64,000 nt of DNA from Terriglobia bacterium (GCA_963664115.2 CAXWPJ010000002.1:864001-928000); one strand, 5' to 3'; positions 49,275 through 59,114 are shown, counted from the first letter of the stretch. Made by a program: numbers and translations. The notes: generated by a model from the sequence alone, not told the origin.

Positions 49275-49969
49275 ATGGGTGTCTGGGTCGCTTCCATCGC
49301 TTGCGGGCCGGACCCGAGAAACGGTGGGAACGGGTTGAAATCGTCAGCTTGGTCCGAACCGCTGAGGCTAATGATGGGCCACTGTTTGCCCTTCGCGAAT
49401 CGACGCAGCCGGCGCGTGGGGTTGGTCGCGACTGGATTTCCTGTAGCCGTCAGCATGGGAATGTCTGATGTGCTGTCAGAGAATGCGCAGCATGCATTTA
49501 GATCGAGATTCTCCAATTCCGCGTAGGCCATTATGATCGTGGCTTTCGCGGTCTCCGCCACTAACGGGGCAAGAACTCTTCCTGTAGCGATGTGCTTCTT
49601 GAACTCAAGGCGGTTGCAGATCACGTCGTCGACACCCAAATGCAAGGCGATGGGCCGGACCGTGAAGTCGAGGGCCCCGGTAACGAGGACAGTGCGGTAG
49701 CCCAGTTTTCGGGTCTGACGGACCAGAGCTTCAGAATGGGTGTAAATCGAAGGTTTCAATGTGACCTCGAAGAGATCGTCCGCGAGTCCTACGAGCCGGT
49801 CCCGATGCATGCCGCGATACGCTCGAAAGAAGAACATGTTGCACAAGGTCGGCGAATAGAGATCCAGCCCAAGAAAAAGTGGGACACTGGTCAGCACCTT
49901 CACAAACTGATTGATCGACTTGAAGACAAACCGATCGTTGCGGGCGTAGTAGGCGCAGGTCGTGACTAG
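49271..49969 (-). pseudogene. HAD-IB phosphatase paralog 5-prime-truncated by IS1380
   Basis: Closely similar to 39873..40616 from LVxTxAYYARNDR onward; the DxDGT motif I is replaced by IS sequence. Confidence 0.85.
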
Positions 49970-51818
49970 GCCCAAAACAAGCGCATAACCAGTCCGCCGA
50001 GGCCCAGTTCGCGCCGATAGAATTCGAGGCATAGAATCCCGTTCCCGGATGGCCTGTTCCAGGTATCGAGTTTCTGTTGAATCTGTTTCAGTTCAGCCTC
50101 GCTGGTGTTGGACGGTTGACAGAAACCGGGACCTCGATCGCCCGGGCTCAGAGTCATGATCGGGTCAACATCGCAGAGGCTGACGCAACACATCCACCCC
50201 GCGGAACAAGACCGGCAACCACCGGTTCCAGGCCAGGATCCGGAACAGAATGCGCCGCCCGGTGCGCACGAGTTGGCACGGCACAAGCATGAAAGCGTTC
50301 AAGAAGGTTTTGAACTCCATGCGCAGCACGGTTTGCTTCTCAGCCTGATATTTTTGGCCCCAACGTCCGGTTTCGGGAAGCAGCAATGCAAACCACGCTT
50401 TCAGTGTCCAGGCCAGTGACGCGATCACCATGTAGGCCCAGTTGCTGGTCTGATCTCCGACCGGCATCCGCAACGCCTGAACGCCGTTCTTCAACTGCTC
50501 AATGAGATTCTCCTGATTGCACCGTTGATTGGCACGCATCACAATCTGGTCGGCCGGATCCGAACGGTTGGTAATGTAGAAGAAGTACCGGATGTCGTCA
50601 AACAACACCTGCTCTCCTTTGGCCACCGACAGATTCTTCCGCACCACGACGACACGGTAGTCCCGATCGCAGGCTCCGGGTCGATACCGAAACTCGGCCA
50701 CATCCTCACCCTGCAAGCGGATATTGTCGAAACCGCGCTGCCGAACGATCTCTTCCTTCACGTTGTCGGGACGTTGGCGCGGTTCGGTCGCCACGTCGTA
50801 TTTCGCGGGCCGTTCCAGGCGCTTCCACTGGCGCGGCTCCAGTTCATCGGCCCGGGCCTTCAGGTTCGCCATCGCGTCAATCCCGAATATGAAACCCACC
50901 TGCTGGTCGTCCCATCCGTCCAGATGCCGGGTCTGGCTGAAGTCCGTGTCCCCGCGCAGCAGGATCTGGCGAAACCCCGCATGCCGGCACAATGCGATGG
51001 CTTGGTCGAACCGGACCGCGGCTCCTTCATGCGACGGCCGGTTGCCGCTACGATTGACCAGATACAGCGGTTCGGCGGTGTTGGCCAGCGAGATCATCAG
51101 CGGGTGATATCCCCACGTCCCGTCGTAGGCCACGTCCATCCCTTGCTTGCATTCCCCCGTGGTTTCGGCCAGTGTCCCGTCCGCGTCCAACACCGCTTCT
51201 TCGAAAAACGCCGCCGGTTGCTGTCGCCAGACTCCGAGCCGGACTTGATTGGTTGCCTCCATCAGACACTCCACGTCGTCGGCCTCGAATCTCCGGCAGA
51301 AGTCTCCCGCCGTCGTCGGATCCGGAATCCGTTGCGCTCCCAGCGCATCCAGATACACCGCATCGTTGCGCCGCAGTTCGATGTCTTCCAGGCACGTTCC
51401 TCCGCTCAAGGCGTTGTAGGCGATGTTCAGCACGTGATCCGACTCGTGATACGGCAGGTGCCGCTTCAACACATGCACGCCCTTGTCGATGGCTTCGATC
51501 AGCCCGGTCCGCCGCGCCACCAGTTGCATCGTCCCGATACCACCAACCGATGTGCCCCGCGTCCGCTCTCCCATCTCGTACTGAATGTTGCTCGCCGAAA
51601 ACATCGGCTCTACCTGATCCGTCCAATGCCGGTCCCCAAGCCGACGTTCGATTCGCCGCTTGCGGTTCCTCATGTTCTTGCGCGTATAATCGTTCATCTG
51701 AAATGCCTCCTTTTCCGAAGAATCTGTTCAAGGTTTTTTTCGCACGGAGAGGGGGCATTTCGGGTACTTCCGCTCTTATTGCACTATCATTTCCTCGTCA
51801 ATCACGCTTGTTCAGGGT
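49970..51818 (-). mobile_element. IS1380-family insertion sequence, copy 2
   Basis: Same length and identical translated ORFs as copy 1 apart from the first base (G vs T); CTAG at 49966-49969 and 51819-51822. Confidence 0.92.
50165..51697 (-). CDS. IS1380 family transposase
   Basis: Protein identical to 32888..34420. Confidence 0.9.
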   Translation of the reverse strand: MNDYTRKNMRNRKRRIERRLGDRHWTDQVEPMFSASNIQYEMGERTRGTSVGGIGTMQLVARRTGLIEAIDKGVHVLKRHLPYHESDHVLNIAYNALSGGTCLEDIELRRNDAVYLDALGAQRIPDPTTAGDFCRRFEADDVECLMEATNQVRLGVWRQQPAAFFEEAVLDADGTLAETTGECKQGMDVAYDGTWGYHPLMISLANTAEPLYLVNRSGNRPSHEGAAVRFDQAIALCRHAGFRQILLRGDTDFSQTRHLDGWDDQQVGFIFGIDAMANLKARADELEPRQWKRLERPAKYDVATEPRQRPDNVKEEIVRQRGFDNIRLQGEDVAEFRYRPGACDRDYRVVVVRKNLSVAKGEQVLFDDIRYFFYITNRSDPADQIVMRANQRCNQENLIEQLKNGVQALRMPVGDQTSNWAYMVIASLAWTLKAWFALLLPETGRWGQKYQAEKQTVLRMEFKTFLNAFMLVPCQLVRTGRRILFRILAWNRWLPVLFRGVDVLRQPLRC

Positions 51819-52290
51819 CTAGCGGCTCTCGACATCCACGGTGACCCCGTCTGGAAGCTGCTCGATTGCCTGCTTCAACGGGACCTTATAAAAACATCTG
51901 CAACCCTGTATCCCTATAGAATATAGATCAAAGTTGAAGGGACGACACCAAGTTCTTCGACAAGATGCGAAAAATTTGCGGGTGCGGATTTCCGAATCTG
52001 TATCGCAGCCAGGTAAGATTCCCGCCAATTTAGTTTGAAACTATGGGAGTCTGACGATATGAGAAATGATTCTCAACTCCTGAAAATTAAGATGTGGGAA
52101 GTCGAAAAACCCCAATATTTGGCCCATTTCTCAACTTCCTACGATGTCGTTTCTCAGGACCGGAGAATTTAATAGCGCCCAATTCTCTCCCTTAGTATTC
52201 TTTACCGAATTGTTCAGGGCTAGTTCAGAGGTGGACCCCATACGTTGGACAGCTTGGCAGCCAATTTAAGGTGGATTCCGCGGTTCATGT

Positions 52291-53139
52291 TTATGCTGCC
52301 GAGGTCAGTGGCCGTGTTCCCGCGTAGGCTTCGCTCGGCGTGAGATCGTCGAGTTTGGAATGCGGGCGGTCGTTATTGTAATAGTTCATCCAGACACCTA
52401 TGTGGTGCCGGGCATCTTTGAAGTCACTGAAGGCGTTTAGATAAACGCATTCGTATTTGATCGAGCGCCATAGGCGTTCGATGAAAACGTTGTCGATCCA
52501 TTGCCCCTTGCCGTCCATGGAGATCCGGATACCTCGTTCTTTAAGTCGGTCGGTCCAGGCCTTGCTGGTGAACTGGCTGCCCTGATCGGTGTTGAAGATT
52601 TCCGGACTGCCGTATTCCTCGATCGCCTCGTCGAGGGCTTCAAGGCAAAACGTCGTGTCCTGGGTGTTGGACAGCCGCCAGGACAACACCTTCCGCGTAT
52701 GCCAGTCCATGATCGCGACCAGATATAAGAATCCGTGCGCCATCGGGATATACGTCACGTCGGTAGACCACGCTTGATTCGCCCGCTCCACGGCAATGTC
52801 GTTGAGTAGATATGGGTACACCGGATGAGCCGGGTTTCTCCGGGACGTCTGCGGTGCCACCGAGCGCAGCCCCATCAACCGCATTAGTCGGCGTACCCGC
52901 TTCCGGCCCACATCGTAGCCGAGACGTTTCAGATGACGCGTCATCTGCCTGGACCCATACCAGGGCATCTTCAGATACGCCTCGTCGATCACGCGCATCA
53001 GGTCCAGATTGCGATCACTCTCACCCCGTGGCCGATAGTACCAACTCGAACGGCTCAACCCGATCAAGTCGCATTGCCGGACCACACTGAGCTGCTCATG
53101 GCCCGGTTCGACCACCTTGCGCCTTCGACCCAAGCTCAT
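52291..53139 (-). CDS. IS3 transposase OrfB (DDE)
   Basis: WSTDVTYI, NTDQGSQF, IERLWRSIKYE, RPHS; -1 frame relative to OrfA. Confidence 0.92.
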   Translation of the reverse strand: MSLGRRRKVVEPGHEQLSVVRQCDLIGLSRSSWYYRPRGESDRNLDLMRVIDEAYLKMPWYGSRQMTRHLKRLGYDVGRKRVRRLMRLMGLRSVAPQTSRRNPAHPVYPYLLNDIAVERANQAWSTDVTYIPMAHGFLYLVAIMDWHTRKVLSWRLSNTQDTTFCLEALDEAIEEYGSPEIFNTDQGSQFTSKAWTDRLKERGIRISMDGKGQWIDNVFIERLWRSIKYECVYLNAFSDFKDARHHIGVWMNYYNNDRPHSKLDDLTPSEAYAGTRPLTSAA

Positions 53140-53417
53140 CGATTGAAGGCTCGTGCTAAAAAATCCCGTTCCACGACCAGTTCACCGATCTTGGCCTGCA
53201 GGTCTTTGATCTCGTCCTCGTGGTTCCGGGCCGATGGATCCCGGCCTCGCTGGAATCCTTCTTTAACGCTATCAAGCGCATCACGCTTCCACTTCGTGAT
53301 CATGTTCGGATGGATCTTGTACCGCGCCGCCAATTCGGCCATCGTGCCGTCGCCACGCATCGCGGCCAGCGCTACCTTCGCTTTGAAATCTGCTGAAAAA
53401 TTCCGTCGTTTCGCCAT
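53136..53417 (-). CDS. IS3 transposase OrfA (HTH)
   Basis: RRNFSADFKAKVAL...KIGELVVERDFL; T6 run at 53158-53163 is a candidate frameshift site. Confidence 0.9.
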   Translation of the reverse strand: MAKRRNFSADFKAKVALAAMRGDGTMAELAARYKIHPNMITKWKRDALDSVKEGFQRGRDPSARNHEDEIKDLQAKIGELVVERDFLARAFNR

Positions 53418-53679
53418 CGTCGTTAGGTCCTCTCATCTATGCAGAGTCCACCTTATAACGCTGTCCTAATTTTGGGGGCCACTTCTTTCAACGGCACACT
53501 TTAAACATGGAATCCGACACCAAAGCCGGTTCACCACCGGCCAGCGACCGACGGCGACTCGTCTTGTCGGAAGTTGAAACATCTCTCTGCGTTCTTTGAA
53601 CCGGAGGGATTTTGCGTTACATAACCATGTGCGCATCGTTTGAGCGCGCACGGTTTAGATCGCTGACTGGGAGGGACTC

Positions 53680-54441
53680 ATGAAGACGAAGCTGGCTGTT
53701 GCAGCGGGCCTGGTGGCCTCGTTGCTGGGGATTTCGACGGCCGAGGCACAGTGGCTCAACTATCCGACACCGGGCATACCGCGCCTGCCCGATGGCACGC
53801 CCAATCTCGGAGCGCCCGCGCCGCGGACCGCGGATGGGACGCCGGATCTCTCCGGAATCTGGGTCACGCCCACGGGGAGGTATCTTAACAACCTCGCTGC
53901 GGACATCGAGATTCGCATGGAGCCTTGGGCTGAGCAACTGTATGGAGAGCGTCTGGCAAACAACGGTCGAGACCGCCCCAGTGCAGGATGCCTCCCGCAC
54001 AGCGTGACCGATTTTGATACGCACCGCACACCGAGGAAGGTCATCCAGAACCCCGGACAGCTTGTGATGCTGTTTGAGGCCTATCACTCCTACCGCGAGA
54101 TTTACACTGACGGCCGCCCTCTTCCGGACGTGAGAGAGCCGGCCTGGTTCGGCTATTCCGTCGGGAGGTGGGAGGGCGATACCCTGGTCGTCGACACCAT
54201 CGGTCTCCACGAACTTACATGGCTCGACGACTCCGGCCATCCGCACAGCGACGCCCTGCACCTGATCGAACGGTTTCGCCGGGTCGACTTCGGTCACATG
54301 GAGGTCGAAATCACGATCGACGACCCTCAAGCGTATCCGGAGGAATGGACGGCTTCATTCGGCTGGGACTTGTTGCCGGACACCGCATTGCTGGATTGGG
54401 TCTGTGTGAACAACCGGTACTTCGAACTGATTCCGAATTAG
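53680..54441 (+). CDS. Secreted conserved hypothetical protein (same family as 22205 and 24760)
   Basis: APRTADGTPDLSGIW, CLP, WFGYSVGRWEGDTLVVDT, WLDDSGHPHS, IDDP, C-terminal C. Confidence 0.8.
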   Translation: MKTKLAVAAGLVASLLGISTAEAQWLNYPTPGIPRLPDGTPNLGAPAPRTADGTPDLSGIWVTPTGRYLNNLAADIEIRMEPWAEQLYGERLANNGRDRPSAGCLPHSVTDFDTHRTPRKVIQNPGQLVMLFEAYHSYREIYTDGRPLPDVREPAWFGYSVGRWEGDTLVVDTIGLHELTWLDDSGHPHSDALHLIERFRRVDFGHMEVEITIDDPQAYPEEWTASFGWDLLPDTALLDWVCVNNRYFELIPN

Positions 54442-54582
54442 CCGGGCATTTCCGGACGTTAATAATCTTCGGACGATACCTTCGGGCGGCCCAACCGAGC
54501 TCTCGTGGCAAGGATTCGCGCGGTGCGTCACTTCGCAAAAAAGCGCCGCAGAGGCTTGGCCTCAGGGAGAGACGCAGACTGA

Positions 54583-55335
54583 TCAGGAAGTCTTAAAATG
54601 CTCGCAGATGGCATCGACGAGGGCGGGGATGCTTGCGGTGGTGGGTTCGATGTCAACGTGGAGGCCGAGTGCAATAGCGGTATCGCGCGTGACGGGGCCG
54701 ATTACGGCAATCGCGGGTTTGCGGAGCCACTCCAGAGGATTCCGGACGTCCAGCATCTGAATCAGGTTTCGCACAGTCGAACCACTCGTCACGGTAACGC
54801 AGTCGATCGACCCTGCCTCCAGAAGAGCGCGGAGTGCGTCGCCACCTGTACTCGGTATCTCGTTTCTATAAACAGGGACGATCTCCACCTGTGCGCCACG
54901 TTCCTGGAGTGTGTCTGGAAGCAAATTGTTGCCCGACTGAGCCCGGGGCAACAGGATCGCCAAGCCGCTCAAGTCATCTGGAAAGCTCTTGATAAGGCCT
55001 TCGGCCCGGAAGTCCTCCGGAAGGAGATGGACCTCGATCTCTCTTTCCTGAAGTCGGCGAGCAGTCTGTGAGCCCACTGCTGCAATCTTTGCGGCAGGCA
55101 TTGTGCCGGCACGATCGAGAAAAGCATCGACGGCGTTGGCACTCGTGAAAATAATCCAATCGAAATCGGCGAGGCGTTTGATGCTGGCATCGGCCGGATC
55201 CCAGGTCTCCGGTGGACCGATTGTTATCGTGGGGATCGTGATCGCTTTCGCGCCGTGAACTCCGAGCAACTTCCGAAGTTCCCGGCTCTGTGCAGGGGCG
55301 CGGGTAACAAGAACAGTTTTGCCTTCAAGCCCCAT
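54583..55335 (-). CDS. hemD: Uroporphyrinogen-III synthase
   Basis: VLVTRA, IFTSANAV, AVG, VYRN, TSGSTV, IGPVT; downstream of hemC. Confidence 0.9.
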   Translation of the reverse strand: MGLEGKTVLVTRAPAQSRELRKLLGVHGAKAITIPTITIGPPETWDPADASIKRLADFDWIIFTSANAVDAFLDRAGTMPAAKIAAVGSQTARRLQEREIEVHLLPEDFRAEGLIKSFPDDLSGLAILLPRAQSGNNLLPDTLQERGAQVEIVPVYRNEIPSTGGDALRALLEAGSIDCVTVTSGSTVRNLIQMLDVRNPLEWLRKPAIAVIGPVTRDTAIALGLHVDIEPTTASIPALVDAICEHFKTS

Positions 55336-56263
55336 GCCGGCGGATCTCTTCGAGAACATCCTCTGCACCGGCCCCACGAAGTTTCCGGCCCAGTTCCTCT
55401 CCGATTTCTGAGGGATTGGATCGAGGACCGCGCACCGTATCAGCAATCACTTTCGCGCCATCCAGACTCGCGATGAGGCCTTCGAGTACGATCTCATCTC
55501 CATCGATGTGGGCATATCCTGCAATCGGAACCTGACAACTCCCCTCCAAACTCGCCATCAGGGCCCGCTCGGCTACGACGACCGCATGGGTGTCGGGGTG
55601 TTCCAGAACCTGAAGCGTTTCGTGTGTCTGACGATCCTCGCTACGGCAGACCAGTCCCAGCGCACCTTGTGCGACGGCGGACAGCATGACGTCGCGTTCA
55701 AGGTACTCTGTGACGCGTTCCTTGTACCCGAGCCTTTTCAAACCCGCAGCGGCCAGAATGATGCCTTCAAACTCGCCTGAATCCAGTTTCCTGAGCCGCG
55801 TATCCACGTTTCCTCTCAGCGGCAGAACTTCCAGAGCGGGAAACCCACGCCGCAGCTGGGCCTGACGGCGAAGACTGCTGGTCCCGATTCGCGCACCGTT
55901 CGGCATGTCCGCGAGACGCGTTCCTTTCGATACAAGTGCGTCGCGGGGGTCCTCCCGCTCGGTGACCGTCGAAAGGACCGTGCCTTCGGGAAGGGCAAAG
56001 GGCAGGTCCTTCAAACTGTGCACTGCGAAATCAATCCGTCCATCAAGCAGCGCCTCATCCAGTTCCTTTGTAAAGAGACCTTTTCCACCAACCTGTGCCA
56101 GAGGCACGTCCTGAATGCGGTCGCCGGTCGTCTTGATCGGAAGAATCGCAACTTGAAGACCGGTAACGCGACGTTCCAATTCGGACTGTGTCCAATTTGC
56201 CTGCCACAATGCCAGAGCGCTGCCCCTCGTACCGAGCCTGAGCCCCTTACCGGTCTTTGACAT
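55325..56263 (-). CDS. hemC: Hydroxymethylbilane synthase
   Basis: GTRGSALALWQ, GKGLFTKE, AVHSLKD, GTSSLRR, RGNVDTRL, EGSCQVP. Confidence 0.97.
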   Translation of the reverse strand: MSKTGKGLRLGTRGSALALWQANWTQSELERRVTGLQVAILPIKTTGDRIQDVPLAQVGGKGLFTKELDEALLDGRIDFAVHSLKDLPFALPEGTVLSTVTEREDPRDALVSKGTRLADMPNGARIGTSSLRRQAQLRRGFPALEVLPLRGNVDTRLRKLDSGEFEGIILAAAGLKRLGYKERVTEYLERDVMLSAVAQGALGLVCRSEDRQTHETLQVLEHPDTHAVVVAERALMASLEGSCQVPIAGYAHIDGDEIVLEGLIASLDGAKVIADTVRGPRSNPSEIGEELGRKLRGAGAEDVLEEIRRHGA

Positions 56264-57503
56264 TGAAAATCTTTCGGACGAATTTGATGTACTCAGGTCC
56301 ATCGTGTTGATGGGCCATGTCTTTGAGTTGCATGATCGGGTGGTGCAGGATCTTGTTGATCATGGATTGGGTGATGCGTTCCAGAGCTTCCCGCTGCTCC
56401 GGATTCATGGGGGCCAGATGCTTGCGGTTCCGCTCGATTTCATCTCGACGGAGTTTCTCGAGAGTTTCCCGAAGCTCGACGATCGTCGGAACGACCTCGC
56501 GGGAACGCAGCTTCGAGCGGAAAGCACGCACCTCGTCATCAACCAAAGCTTCGGCCCGCACCGCTTCGCTCATCCGCTCTTTGATGTTTTCGTCAACCAC
56601 CTGCTGGAGGTCGTCGATGTCGTAGAGGAAAACGTTATCGATCTTGTTCACAGCGGGATCGATGTCCCGCGGGACGGCGATGTCGATGAAAAAGATGGGC
56701 CGGTTTTTTCGCTGGCGAATGATGCTTTCGGCTTGAAGTTTGGTGATGACGAAGTGGGACGCTCCAGTTGAACTGATGACGATGTCGGCCCGATCGATGT
56801 GATCGTTGAGGTGTTCAAAAGGAACGGCGGCACCATCAAATACCTGAGCCATCTCTACCGCGCGTTCGAAGGTGCGATTGGTCACCAGGACCGTGGAAAC
56901 TCCGGCACGCTTCAGATGCTTGGCCGACAACTCTCCCATCTTGCTGGCGCCAATGATCATCACGCTCTTGCCCTGAAGATTACCGAAGATTTTCCGGGCA
57001 AGTTCGACGGCTGCGAAACTCACCGACACCGCGGATCGTGCGATGCCGGTTTCGGTCCGAACTTTCTTGGCAACAACGAACGCACGATCCATCACCGAAC
57101 CGATGTGCACACCAACGGTGCCGGCATCTTGGGCAACCCGGTAGGCTTCTTTGATCTGTCCGAGGATCTGCGGTTCACCCACAATCATTGAATCCAGGCT
57201 GGAGGCGACGCGGAAGACGTGCCGAATGACGTCGTTGTTCCGGAGAGTGTAGAGGTGCTTGACGATGCTTTCGGAGGGCACGCGATGGTAAGAAGAGAGA
57301 AAATCGCGAGCCGGTGCTTCATCTGAGGCTTCGACGAGAACCTCGACCCGATTACAGGTCGATAGGATCATGGCTTCTGAAATCCCGTCGCGTGACACCA
57401 GGGACCGGAGCGCGTCGCTCATATCTCCGTTTTCGAACGCAAGCCGTTCCCGGACTTCGACCGGGGCCGTCTTGTGACTCAATCCAACGAGTGCCAGTTG
57501 CAT
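56247..57503 (-). CDS. hemA: Glutamyl-tRNA reductase
   Basis: HKTAPVEVRE, STCNRVE, LDSMIVGEPQILGQ, DIAVPRDI. Confidence 0.97.
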   Translation of the reverse strand: MQLALVGLSHKTAPVEVRERLAFENGDMSDALRSLVSRDGISEAMILSTCNRVEVLVEASDEAPARDFLSSYHRVPSESIVKHLYTLRNNDVIRHVFRVASSLDSMIVGEPQILGQIKEAYRVAQDAGTVGVHIGSVMDRAFVVAKKVRTETGIARSAVSVSFAAVELARKIFGNLQGKSVMIIGASKMGELSAKHLKRAGVSTVLVTNRTFERAVEMAQVFDGAAVPFEHLNDHIDRADIVISSTGASHFVITKLQAESIIRQRKNRPIFFIDIAVPRDIDPAVNKIDNVFLYDIDDLQQVVDENIKERMSEAVRAEALVDDEVRAFRSKLRSREVVPTIVELRETLEKLRRDEIERNRKHLAPMNPEQREALERITQSMINKILHHPIMQLKDMAHQHDGPEYIKFVRKIFNVKDR

Positions 57504-57551
57504 AGAATTCGACCGATACTGTCCGCGCCGTCGCTCGGGTCTTGCGACGGT

Positions 57552-58367
57552 TCATTGCGTGAACGAGTGCAGTCCTCCGAAATAATTGGCTCCGAGAAAC
57601 GACACCAGGACACTGACAAATCCGGCGATCGCGAGGTAAGCCGCTCTCTTACCCCGCCATCCTGCAATAAACCGGTAATGAATCAGCAGCAAATAGATGA
57701 GCCACGTGAAGAAAGACAAGAGGATTTTCAAATCAGCGCCCCAAAGCGTACCCCAGGCCGACTGGGCCCAGAGGGCGCCTGAAACAATGCCGAGTGTGAT
57801 GAGCGGAAAACCGATCGCCAGCGAACGGTACGAGAGGTCATCGCAGATTTCCAGCGAAGGCAGTCGGTAGTAAAAAAGAGAGTGGTGCTTCGATTTCAAC
57901 TCACGTTCCTGAATCAGGTACATCGTGGAGCCTGCAAAACAAATAAACAGAGCCGCGTATCCCAGAAAAATCAGAGGCGTGTGAACGTAAATCCAATTGC
58001 TCTGGATCACAGGAGGTATCGAACTCGACGGGTCGTATGCAACGTTCGCAATGAACGTGAGGATAAAAATCACCGGGAAGACAAATATGCTCAGCGTCGT
58101 GATCCGATATCGGGCGTAGGCAATGAGGTATCCCATAGCTCCGAGGACGGCGAAAAACGAGAAGGCCTCGTAACGCTGAGTCAGCGGCATGTAATTGAGT
58201 TCGCTCGCGCGCAGAATAATCGAGATCGCCTGGCAGACGAAACCTGCGACGACTGCGTAGAGGCTTGCGCGAAAAAACGTGTACTTCCTGCTGAGAACAG
58301 AAACAACCGCATGCAGCAAGCCCACGGAATAGAAGGCCAGAGCGACCCTCAGCAGCACAACGTGCAT
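57552..58367 (-). CDS. ccsA: Cytochrome c biogenesis CcsA/HemX-type membrane protein
   Basis: About 8 TM; WIYVH, LPSLE..D, SGALWA..AWG, GWRG, C-terminal H. Confidence 0.85.
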   Translation of the reverse strand: MHVVLLRVALAFYSVGLLHAVVSVLSRKYTFFRASLYAVVAGFVCQAISIILRASELNYMPLTQRYEAFSFFAVLGAMGYLIAYARYRITTLSIFVFPVIFILTFIANVAYDPSSSIPPVIQSNWIYVHTPLIFLGYAALFICFAGSTMYLIQERELKSKHHSLFYYRLPSLEICDDLSYRSLAIGFPLITLGIVSGALWAQSAWGTLWGADLKILLSFFTWLIYLLLIHYRFIAGWRGKRAAYLAIAGFVSVLVSFLGANYFGGLHSFTQ

Positions 58368-58428
58368 GTTCAAATTATAGCAGCAGTTAGCGTGCCTGAC
58401 ACACTGTGTGTGCTAGCATAAATTTGAT

Positions 58429-59106
58429 ATGGGTATCGATCTCGTTTCACTGGTGTCGTCGCTTGTCGTGCTGCTGGTGTCTCTTAGCGTTCATGAGTCG
58501 GCCCATGCGTGGACGGCAGACCGGCTGGGCGACCCGACCGCACGGCATCTTGGCCGGATCTCGATCAATCCGCTGGTGCATGCGGATTTCTTCGGAACAT
58601 TTCTGTTCCCGCTCATGGGTTTCATGTTTGGCGGCATCATCTTCGGTTGGGCCAAACCCGTTCCCGTCAATACAGCCCGCTTAAATAATCCAAAGCGTGA
58701 CTATATGCTGGTTGCCGCCGCGGGTCCGGTCGCCAACCTGCTGATGGCCGGCGGCCTCCTCCTGGTGCTGGGGTTCATGAAATCTACATCTGCGTCTATG
58801 GAATTGCTGCTCAATCAGGTCGTGCGCGGTGTGGCGTCCGGTGACGGGATTCTCGTTCTGCTCCTCTCCATGGCGTACTTTGGCGTGATGATCAACCTGA
58901 TTCTGGCGATATTCAACATGATTCCAGTGGCACCGCTCGATGGGGCTGCGGTCCTTTCAGGCCTGCTCCCTCACTCACTATCCCAGACCTACGATGCCTT
59001 GCAGAGCTACGGTTTTATCATTCTGATCGGAATGCTCTATCTGGGCATTCCCGGATACCTGTTCAGTCCCGTGATCGGGTTCGTACAGTCCTTCCTCGTC
59101 TTCTGA
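58429..59106 (+). CDS. Site-2 protease family (M50) zinc metalloprotease
   Basis: HESAH, GWAKPVP, AAAGP, FNMIPVAPLDG. Confidence 0.9.
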   Translation: MGIDLVSLVSSLVVLLVSLSVHESAHAWTADRLGDPTARHLGRISINPLVHADFFGTFLFPLMGFMFGGIIFGWAKPVPVNTARLNNPKRDYMLVAAAGPVANLLMAGGLLLVLGFMKSTSASMELLLNQVVRGVASGDGILVLLLSMAYFGVMINLILAIFNMIPVAPLDGAAVLSGLLPHSLSQTYDALQSYGFIILIGMLYLGIPGYLFSPVIGFVQSFLVF

Positions 59107-59114
59107 CACGCTCT

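Larger units (their letters stand above)
52227..53486 (-). mobile_element. IS3-family insertion sequence (1260 bp) with TTC target duplication
   Basis: IRs AGAGGTGGACCCCATACGTTGGACAGC / AGAAGTGGCCCCCAAAATTAGGACAGC; TTC at 52224-52226 and 53487-53489. Confidence 0.9.

Noticed and set aside
52062-52077. Fur-box-like TGAGAAATGATTCTCA
   Set aside because: Spacing is off by one, there is no iron-related gene nearby, and the AT-rich context favours a chance match.
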